The position numbers and the translations under genes are program-made. A stretch of DNA of 64,000 nucleotides from Candidatus Bathyarchaeota archaeon (lineage in GTDB: Archaea; Thermoproteota; Bathyarchaeia; Bathyarchaeales; Bathycorpusculaceae): NCBI GenBank assembly GCA_963780185.1, contig CAWABA010000006.1, positions 576,001-640,000 of the forward strand, written 5' to 3'. Positions 56,195 through 64,000 of this stretch are shown here, piece after piece. Every line of letters begins with the position of its first letter. The first letter of the stretch is position 1. Below the pieces are notes generated by a model. The model was not told the DNA's origin, searched no databases, and saw only the letters and a list, made by a program, of their open reading frames with translations.

Positions 56195-56312
56195 ATGGAT
56201 AACAAGGGAATAACTTAAAGGCAGGCGGACTGATTCTCCCCTCTCTCTTCCCGAATTTTTACGCTTGCCTTTAAGTTTCTCTCTCTTCTTCCTTAACCCG
56301 CATCTCTTTTTA
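56195..56312 (+). ncRNA. Candidate hairpin small RNA
   Basis: 16-bp stem 56212-56227 / 56262-56277 (one G-U), 34-nt CU-rich loop, pyrimidine/T-tract after, no long ORF. Confidence 0.4.
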
Positions 56313-56558
56313 GACAGTGTATCGCATAAAAATGTGATGGCATCTTACCGCTCTGTTGCTTCCTTGTTGCCTCTGGGTTTTGGCTAGAAACAAGCAGGGG
56401 AGTTGATCAAGGCTTTTTTGTTGATGATTTTAAATCGCCGTTGCATTTTTGCCATCAAGAAATGCCGCTTCACTTGCTGTTTCCTTGAGCAAAAAGGGCA
56501 TAGAATCATCTGCATGATTATTTTGTGTGTTAGGCTAGAAGAAACCTTATAAGGGAGC

Positions 56559-56598
56559 ATGCACATGCGTGCATTAGGTGAAGCGGTGCATTAGCACC
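56559..56598 (+). promoter_or_regulatory. Operator-like repeats downstream of the TATA of the grpE-dnaK operon
   Basis: ATGCAC-N4-GTGCAT; GTGCATTAG at 56569 and 56586; GGTGC-N4-GCACC. Confidence 0.5.
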
Positions 56599-56616
56599 AA
56601 AGCACTGGTGAAACAT

Positions 56617-57018
56617 ATGCGTAGAAGCCTAACAGTTACCCCTGAAAACGACAAAAACATACTGCTAACAAAAGGAAAATTCCTAACCGGAGACAACCCA
56701 TTCGACATAGACTACACCACGCTAGTCAACATCTTCATCGAGTTAGGACACAAACTAATGATCGCAGCATGGACCGACACCGCAAACCCCAATGTCCTCA
56801 TACCCAAGAACGAAATCGTCGAATCCTTCAAAAAACACGCCTTCAGCTCAGAACTCAGAGAAGAATCAGTCGGGGACCAAGTCGCCGAAATCATATTCAG
56901 AAAACTGGTAGAACAATCCGGCCTTGCCGACGGCAACCAACCCAGCCAAAACCAGCTTCCCGCCTTGCCCGGCGAACAAATCAAGCACAAAAACGCCAAA
57001 ATACGTGAGTTAGAATAA
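56617..57018 (+). CDS. Hypothetical protein with RHH-like N-terminus, first gene of the grpE-dnaK operon
   Basis: MRRSLTV (strand), PENDKNILLTKGKFL (helix), DYTTLVNIFIELG (helix); GGTGA SD; ORF track start 56578. Confidence 0.65.
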   Translation: MRRSLTVTPENDKNILLTKGKFLTGDNPFDIDYTTLVNIFIELGHKLMIAAWTDTANPNVLIPKNEIVESFKKHAFSSELREESVGDQVAEIIFRKLVEQSGLADGNQPSQNQLPALPGEQIKHKNAKIRELE

Positions 57019-57039
57019 ACACAAAGGGACAAATCCGAT

Positions 57040-57567
57040 ATGGTTGACGAAAAAGAGCCAGAGCAAAAGAATTTCGAGGAACTTATGGAAAGCGAAAAGA
57101 AGCTTTCGCAAGATTACCTGTCTAGACTAACGTACCTGCAGGCGGACTTTGAGAACCTCAAGAAACGCTTTGACCGCGAAGCTGAACAAATAAGAAACTA
57201 TTGCAGTGAACGCATAGTTATTCAGCTGTTAGAGGTAGTTGACGAGTTAGAGCTTGCCGTAAAAAACGGGGAAATCTCGGTCTCATCTGAGGGCTTGCTT
57301 GAGGGCGTCGAGATGACGTTAAAGAAGCTTAGAAAAGTTCTTGAGCAAGAAGGCGTTACACCAATAGAGAGCCCCGAAGGCAAAGTTTTTGACCCGACCC
57401 GACACAACGCGGTAGCCGCTGTCGAACAGGGCGATGTTGCTGACGGCACCGTTATTGAAGAAATAAGAAAAGGCTACTTGATGAAGGGCAAAGTAATTCG
57501 CCCCACCATCGTCAAAGTAGCAGTTAAACCAAAAAATCAAAGTAACCAAACGGAGGAAAAAAAGTAA
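57040..57567 (+). CDS. grpE: Nucleotide exchange factor GrpE
   Basis: QADFENLKKR, FDPTRHNAV, KGY..KVIRP.IVKV. Confidence 0.95.
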   Translation: MVDEKEPEQKNFEELMESEKKLSQDYLSRLTYLQADFENLKKRFDREAEQIRNYCSERIVIQLLEVVDELELAVKNGEISVSSEGLLEGVEMTLKKLRKVLEQEGVTPIESPEGKVFDPTRHNAVAAVEQGDVADGTVIEEIRKGYLMKGKVIRPTIVKVAVKPKNQSNQTEEKK

Positions 57568-59499
57568 ATGAGTAACCAAAATCAAAAAACAAATCAAAAA
57601 GTATTAGGAATCGATTTGGGAACAACCAATTCAGCAGCCGCCATTTATGAAGGCGGACATGCCACGGTTATTCCCAGTGCGGAAGGACCAACCATGGCGG
57701 GAAAAATGTTTCCCTCAGTTGTGGCCTTCACCAAAGACGGGCAACTCTTGGTAGGTGAACCCGCGAAGCGCCAAGCAGCCACCAACACAGAAGGAACTAT
57801 CTTCGAAATAAAACGTAAAATGGGCACAGACTACAAAGTGAATGTTTACGGAAAAGAGTACAGTCCACAGCAAGTTTCAGCGTTTATCTTGCAGAAAATA
57901 AAGAAAGATGCAGAAACGTATCTTGGCGTCCCAATCAACAAGGCAGTCATCACTGTGCCAGCTCACTTCAACGACAACCAACGCCAAGCAACCAAAGACG
58001 CAGGAGAAATCGCAGGCTTCCAAGTAATGAGAATAATCAACGAACCCACCGCCGCATGCCTCGCCTACGGCATCGACAAGGTACAGCAGGAAATGAAAAT
58101 CCTCGTCTTCAGCTTCGGCGGCGGAACCCACGACGTAACCGTCATGGACTTCGGAAAAGGAGTCTTCCAGGTACTTAGCACCAGCGGAGACACTCAGCTC
58201 GGCGGAACAGACGTAGACAAAGCAGTAATGGACTACATCTTGGGCGAGTTCAAACGCCAAACAGGCATAGACATCTCAACCGACAGAATGGCGATGCCAA
58301 GGCTCAAAGACGCAGCTGAAAAAGCCAAAATCGAGCTTTCAACGCTCATGAGCACCGACATCGACCTGCCATTTCTAACCGCAGACGCATCAGGACCAAA
58401 ACACCTACACCTAACTTTAACCCGCACCAAACTTGAAGCCTTAGCACAGCCCATCGTACAGAGAACCCAGCCTACGCTTCTGAAAGCTTTGGAAGATGCA
58501 AAACTGACACCGCAAAACATTGACAAAGTCATCCTGATCGGCGGAATGACAAGAATGCCTCTTGTACAGAGATTTGTCGAACAAATCCTTGGCAAATCAC
58601 CCGAACGCGGAATTGACCCGATGGAAAGCGTTGCGATAGGAGCAGCCATCCAAGCGGCAGTTGTCACAGGCGAAGTCACAGACCTGCTTCTGCTGGACGT
58701 TACACCTTTGAGCCTCGGCGTTGAAACCATGGGCGGCGTCTTCACGAAAGTTATGGATAAGAACACGACCATCCCCACAAAGAGAAGCCAAATCTTCACC
58801 ACAGCCGCAGACTTCCAAACAGCAGTCACAATCCACGTGCTTCAAGGCGAACGAGCCATGGCAGGAGACAACGTTTCACTAGGCATGTTTAACCTGGTAG
58901 ATTTGCCTCCGGCGCCCAGAGGTGTCCCGCAAATCGAGGTAACCTTCGACATCGACGCCAACGGCATAATGAACGTTACAGCCAAGGACTTGGGCACAGG
59001 GAAAGAATCAAAGATTAGAATCACCGCCTCAACGAAACTGTCAAAGGAAGAGAAAGAGCGCTTAATCAAAGACGCCGACCAATACGCGGAGCAGGACAAG
59101 AAGAAGCGGGAAGAAGCCGAACTGCGCAACACTGCTGACAGCTTAGTTTACACGGCTGAGCGGACAAAGACGGATCTGGCGGGCAAAATCACTTCGGAAG
59201 AAACAGGAAAAATCGACGCAGCCGTAACGGAACTCAAAAACGCCTTAGCAAGCAACGACATGGCGCAGGTTAAAGCGAAATCAGACACATTGCAGAAAGT
59301 GTTGCAGGAAGTCGGAACCAAAGTTTACCAGCAAGCCGCACAAGAATACGCAAAACAGCAAGGACAACAGCAACCGGGACAGGCACCGCCAGGCGGAGAA
59401 GGACCACAAATGCCACCGAGCGGCGAACCTGAAGGACCAGAACCCCAAGGCAGCGGCGAAGAAAAAGTGGTTGACTCAGAAGACTACAAAGTAAAGTAG
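57568..59499 (+). CDS. dnaK: Chaperone DnaK/Hsp70
   Basis: [52 protein letters not shown]. Confidence 0.98.
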   Translation: MSNQNQKTNQKVLGIDLGTTNSAAAIYEGGHATVIPSAEGPTMAGKMFPSVVAFTKDGQLLVGEPAKRQAATNTEGTIFEIKRKMGTDYKVNVYGKEYSPQQVSAFILQKIKKDAETYLGVPINKAVITVPAHFNDNQRQATKDAGEIAGFQVMRIINEPTAACLAYGIDKVQQEMKILVFSFGGGTHDVTVMDFGKGVFQVLSTSGDTQLGGTDVDKAVMDYILGEFKRQTGIDISTDRMAMPRLKDAAEKAKIELSTLMSTDIDLPFLTADASGPKHLHLTLTRTKLEALAQPIVQRTQPTLLKALEDAKLTPQNIDKVILIGGMTRMPLVQRFVEQILGKSPERGIDPMESVAIGAAIQAAVVTGEVTDLLLLDVTPLSLGVETMGGVFTKVMDKNTTIPTKRSQIFTTAADFQTAVTIHVLQGERAMAGDNVSLGMFNLVDLPPAPRGVPQIEVTFDIDANGIMNVTAKDLGTGKESKIRITASTKLSKEEKERLIKDADQYAEQDKKKREEAELRNTADSLVYTAERTKTDLAGKITSEETGKIDAAVTELKNALASNDMAQVKAKSDTLQKVLQEVGTKVYQQAAQEYAKQQGQQQPGQAPPGGEGPQMPPSGEPEGPEPQGSGEEKVVDSEDYKVK

Positions 59500-59535
59500 T
59501 TCCCATCTTTCCTTTTCATTTTTGATTTCCGCTTT

Positions 59536-59566
59536 AGTCAAGTTTCCTTGACTTGGCTTAGTCAAG
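59536..59566 (+). promoter_or_regulatory. AGTCAAG-N4-CTTGACT-N6-AGTCAAG site
   Basis: IR plus direct repeat about 19 nt before TTTAAA; similar to 25732-25761. Confidence 0.5.
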
Positions 59567-59613
59567 TTTTCTATACGGCAACACTTTAAAGCCAATTCAG
59601 CGCCCGTTGACTT

Positions 59614-60502
59614 GTGATTACTACGAGCAAAATCTGTGCCTTAATTTTCCTATCTATATTGGCGATTTCGAGTCTGACCCTAATCATTTTGGATATGTCA
59701 CAGGCTCAAACAGCTGAGCCATTTGTCCCCGAATTCACCGTGAAGTACGTTGACCGCTCCTACACAACACCAGTGGTTACGACTCAGTCAACTGATCCCT
59801 TCACAGGGCAACAAGTGACACATACCAGCGGCGGCCAATACGTAGTCAACAAAACAATCGACACCACAATCCAAAACCAACCCTACACGCCCACCACATA
59901 CCCTAATGGCACAGTCATTCAACTTTACTATAGCATTCGCATGAAGGGGCACTTCGCGGATTGGACACCCGTTGCCGACGGCGGCTATGCTTTTCGGCGA
60001 GTCTTAGCATCAACTTCCGATTATACAGTTGCAACCTTCACGATAGGAAGCTCGGACAACGATATTCTAATGGGCTATGCAAACGTGATTATATCTGAAG
60101 GCGGCCAAGAAGATTTTCAAGTCAGCGCACAAGTAGGCTACTTAGTCCCGGATTATGGCGGACACATTATTCCGCAGCCACTTGGATATGATTTTCATCT
60201 CTTTTGGAGACAGCGGCTGGAGCAGCATACAAGAATACAAAATAGGCAACACTGCAACACTCACATCAACCCAGCAACCGTCCCAACCGACAAACCAAAC
60301 ATCCTTCCCTACTCCTTCGCCCGTTCAGAACCCCACGGTTGCAGCTAACCAATCCAGCACACAAACTGGTTCACACTTCACGTTGGATTGGGAAAAGACC
60401 GCGTTGATAATCTTAGTTGCGGCGATTGCAGTCATGGCTGTCGGCATGGCTATGCTCTGGCGTAAGGTATCCGCTAAAACGTCCGTTCAAGAGAGTCCTT
60501 AA
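59614..60502 (+). CDS. Secreted membrane-anchored protein, frameshift near 60193
   Basis: Signal peptide, PFVPEFTVKYVDRSY..DPFTG, DFQVSAQVG, PT linker, C-terminal TM in the second frame. Confidence 0.75.
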
Positions 60503-60692
60503 CCCAAAAACACGCTCAACTTGAGGGAAATGTACAAAGTCAAACGAACCAGCAACCCCTCTTTTCTTTTTTTCTTTTGTTTGCAGCTTTTTTGTGGTCT
60601 GCAGGATTTCATATAACGTTCTAAAGCTTAGTCTTAAATGAACGCCTCGCCAATAAAAATTCAATTACGGTGTAATATCGGAGGCGGCGGAC

Positions 60693-61695
60693 TTGGTCGG
60701 AAAAAAGAGGAAAGTAATTCTTGCTGTAGTTGCCTTATTGTTGGTCTCTGTAGCTCTATCTGTTCTTGTTTTCCCCGATATCCACAGCTACATTTTTCCC
60801 AAAGTGTCCGTTGAGATGCCCTCGATAACACCGATGATGTGGCCTGTCATATCCAACGTCGAATTAAACCAGTCACAAGGGTTTGGCTCGTCGCTGACGC
60901 CCGATGACTCAAACGATCTCCCTTCACGGTTGCTCATTCTGCCGCCCAGCGGTTCAGGTACGGTACCTGTCGTTGTCTCCTCTCCCGTTAACGTCTCATT
61001 TGAGGTTTCGATAAGCGTCTATACTAGGGTCGGAGAATGCAACAACTCAGGGCATTCACTTCAACTTCTTCCCCGAGAACTTCACCGTCACCCCGGGGCA
61101 ACAAGCCACTTCAACCTTGACCATCACCGCAGACGAAAACGCCAAGCAACAACTGTGCACTCCCACGATTACAATACAAACCAACAGGCAAAACAGCGCC
61201 CCCTACGTATTGGGAGGAGCCATAGCTGGACCATCACTGCTCATCGCCAACTACCTTCCCGCATGCCTTTATCAGGTGGACGAACTGGCGATTCCTTCAT
61301 CTGTTCTGGTGATGAATCTGCCTTCCAACTCATCTTCCGCAAGTCCCACGCACGCAACGTGGCCCCTATTTGTTCCCGCTCCGTACCAACTTCCTAACGC
61401 GCCTCCCCTGAACCTTTCACGGGGGCAAACGGCAACCGTCTCTTTCTGCTGCTTCGCCCCTGACCAAATAGCCATTAACGACCAGCTGGACATGAACGTC
61501 ACGGCGCAAAAAGGGTTGACTGCCGAGTTTTCAACGACGCCAACCGACGTGGTTCTGACCAGTACAAGGGGAAACATGTATTTGGTGACGGTGACCGCCA
61601 ACCCAACTCTCGCCGCGGGGACTTATCAGGTGAGGGGTGAGGCAGCGCTAGGTTCCCACTTGTTCGACTGGTCTCTCACTTTCGCGGTCGGCTAA
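60693..61695 (+). CDS. N-terminally anchored Ig-like protein, frameshift near 61051
   Basis: TM after KKRK; removing one G gives FFPENFTVTPGQQATSTLTIT, joining the 61117 ORF. Confidence 0.7.
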
Positions 61696-61830
61696 CTCTT
61701 CCTTCTTCTTGATGCGGCAACTCCAAATGCAAGCAACCTGCCACCACAACTAGAGACGCAGCGATGCAGATTAACGCTGAAGACGGGATTTCGGGCACGC
61801 TTCCAGGCGTTTGCTCAAGGAGTTTAGGAC
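61690..61830 (-). pseudogene. Orphan C-terminal sorting-signal remnant
   Basis: TPGSVPEIPSSALICIAASLVVVAG followed by RIKKK in a shifted frame. Confidence 0.4.
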
Positions 61831-62233
61831 ATGTCGCCGCGGTGGGGCGCGACCTCGAAAGAAACCGTCGGAATCCGCCCATAACTGCCTATGCAAAATA
61901 CATGGAAAGTCGCATTCCGCCCATCCCAAAGTCGCAACCGACAATACGCAACATAGAACACGACCAAACACGACCAGACCTACAAACGAAACAAGCCCCA
62001 AACCAACAAAACAACCCAAAACACAAACAGAAAAAAGTCTCAACTTATTCCTACGGCAAACCCCAACAAAAATGTAGAGAAAACCGAAAACTCGAAAGCA
62101 ACCCCAGAAAAAAGCGCCAAGGAAACCCTTCTTGCGCCAAAAAACGGGTTTGCGGCAGGGAAATGGTATAAATCTGAGTCTATATGCATACTTTCAGTTA
62201 ACAAAAAAAAGCTGATTTAGCGGTAAATGGCTG

Positions 62234-63337
62234 ATGGCTGAAAAGAAAGATTACTACGAGGTTCTGGGCGTTAAACGGGACGCTTCACCAGACGAAATCA
62301 AAGACGCCTACCGAAAGCTAGCCATGCAGTTTCATCCAGACCGAAACAAAGATGCTGGCGCGGAAGAAAGATTCAAGGAAATCAGCGAAGCCTACGCCGT
62401 GCTCAGCGACACCCAGAAACGGCAGCAGTATGATACACTTGGCCATTCAGGGTTTGACCAACGTTACACTTCAGAGGACATTTTCAGAGGAGCCGACTTC
62501 GACTCGATTTTCCGAGACACGGGCTTCGGCGACATTTTCCGAACCTTCTTCGGCGGCGGAGGCTTTACCGAGCGAAGCAACAGAGGCAGAGACTTAGGTT
62601 TTGACCTTGAAATCACGTTGGAGGAAGCCGCCCGCGGAACCGAAAAAGAGGTTGAGATTCCGCGAACCGAAAAATGCGACGTCTGCGGCGGCTCAGGCGC
62701 AAAGCCGGGCACTTCAGCTAAGATTTGCTCAAGATGCGGCGGCTCGGGTCAAGTTCAAAACATGCAAAGAAGCGCATTTGGCACCTTTGTGCAGGTTACA
62801 GCTTGCCCACAATGCCGAGGAAAAGGCAGAATCATCGAAACGCCCTGCCCCAACTGCCACGCCACAGGGCTTGTGCGGAAACGCAGAAAAATCACCGTGC
62901 GCATCCCAGCAGGCATAGATGACGGCAATCAGCTTAGGCTGCGGGGCGAAGGCGAAAATGTAGCTAACGGCGGCGAAGCAGGCGACCTCTACGTCATTGT
63001 CCACGTTAAGCCAAGTCTACAGTATCTGCGGGAAGGCGACGACTTATGGTACGTTGCTATGGTTACTTTTCCGCAGGCGGCACTAGGAGCCGAAGTATCC
63101 GTCCCAACCTTTGATGGACCAACAACCGTGAAGATTCGTGCGGGAACACAGCCCGGCGAAGTGTTGACTTTGAGGGGAAAAGGCATGCCTCGGTTCAGAG
63201 CCTACGGCAAAGGCGACCTGCATGTGCGAATCGGGATTTCTATTCCGGAGAAATTAACAAGCCAGCAGCGGGCACTTATCGAGCAGTTAGCTAAGGAATT
63301 TGGCACTGAAGTTCCAAAGCACAGATTCAAGCTTTAA
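62234..63337 (+). CDS. dnaJ: Chaperone DnaJ
   Basis: DYYEVLG, HPD, G/F region, four CxxCxGxG repeats. Confidence 0.97.
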   Translation: MAEKKDYYEVLGVKRDASPDEIKDAYRKLAMQFHPDRNKDAGAEERFKEISEAYAVLSDTQKRQQYDTLGHSGFDQRYTSEDIFRGADFDSIFRDTGFGDIFRTFFGGGGFTERSNRGRDLGFDLEITLEEAARGTEKEVEIPRTEKCDVCGGSGAKPGTSAKICSRCGGSGQVQNMQRSAFGTFVQVTACPQCRGKGRIIETPCPNCHATGLVRKRRKITVRIPAGIDDGNQLRLRGEGENVANGGEAGDLYVIVHVKPSLQYLREGDDLWYVAMVTFPQAALGAEVSVPTFDGPTTVKIRAGTQPGEVLTLRGKGMPRFRAYGKGDLHVRIGISIPEKLTSQQRALIEQLAKEFGTEVPKHRFKL

Positions 63338-63421
63338 CCTGAACCAAACAGGTCGTCGCCGCAAAGTTTATTGTCACAAATTACTTTATTGTATGTCTGT
63401 TTTTGCGGAGCTTGACTATTG

Positions 63422-64000
63422 ATGAAGTTTGAAACAAAAATAGCTGAGATTATTCCTCGAACCGCGGATATAACCAGTTTCCGTTTCCCCCGACCCGCCG
63501 ACTTGAACTATAAGCCTGGGCAATTCTTTTTTGTCGCCTTAAAACAAGACGGCAAAGAACTCAACAAGCACTTCAGCTTCAGCAGCAGCCCAACCGACGC
63601 AGGCTTCATCGAATTCACGAAGCGGATAACTGACCACGAGTACTCGATGGCTCTTAAAGCCGCCAAAGTCGGCGACTGGGCAAGAATCGACGCACCCTAC
63701 GGAGAATTCACCTTCGACGGCGAACACCCCAAAATCGCTTTTCTGGCAGGCGGCATCGGCGTAACCCCATTCATGAGCATCTGCAAAAACGCCACCGACA
63801 AACATTTGGATTCGCAAATCACGCTTTTCCTCGGTTGCCGCACACCCAGTGACATTCCCTTCAGGCAGGAACTGGAGGCGATGCAGCAAGCGAACAAGAA
63901 TTTGAAGCTTCACTTCGTCGTTAACCAGGCGGGTCCCGACTGGAAGGGTGCCACGGGCATAATTACGGCGGATATGATTCAGAAGGAGCTGCCTGACTAC
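63422..64000 (+). CDS. FNR-like FAD/NAD(P)-binding oxidoreductase, runs off the window
   Basis: Manual translation MKFETKI..YKPGQF..HFSFSSSP..APYGEF..FLAGGIGVTPF. Confidence 0.88.
   Translation, partial: MKFETKIAEIIPRTADITSFRFPRPADLNYKPGQFFFVALKQDGKELNKHFSFSSSPTDAGFIEFTKRITDHEYSMALKAAKVGDWARIDAPYGEFTFDGEHPKIAFLAGGIGVTPFMSICKNATDKHLDSQITLFLGCRTPSDIPFRQELEAMQQANKNLKLHFVVNQAGPDWKGATGIITADMIQKELPDY

Noticed and set aside
56384-56566. Minus-strand 60-aa ORF with CPFC
   Set aside because: Single CxxC, overlaps the grpE-operon promoter, no recognisable family.

Overview
Archaeal chromosomal window, most likely Bathyarchaeia (inferred from archaeal-type PEP carboxylase, TiaS, Nop5/fibrillarin, aIF-2beta, DUF373, DUF424, the dnaK cluster and many PEF-like membrane-anchored secreted proteins). 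It is mostly housekeeping (purA, ppcA, uppS, rnhB, tpiA, pyrB, pyrG, nadA, tiaS, alaS, grpE-dnaK, dnaJ), interspersed with surface proteins and small regulators. I found no rRNA, tRNA, CRISPR array or transposase. About 14 single-base indels break 10 genes, including the normally essential tiaS, and are most likely sequencing errors. Highlights: (1) a winged-helix + ATP-cone + class III ribonucleotide reductase fusion lacking both catalytic Cys and the glycyl-radical Gly, a candidate nucleotide-sensing pseudoenzyme regulator; (2) a dispersed, modular ~270 bp non-coding repeat family (3 clear copies plus 1 degenerate); (3) a 24-bp palindrome at three promoters, one preceding a candidate hairpin sRNA; (4) two regulators with ACG exactly where their paralogs have a start codon; (5) an RHH-like gene with operator-like repeats heading grpE-dnaK; (6) Nop5 with a long GGERP(F/Y)RPP repeat tail. 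All family assignments are from motif recognition by eye, not database searches.
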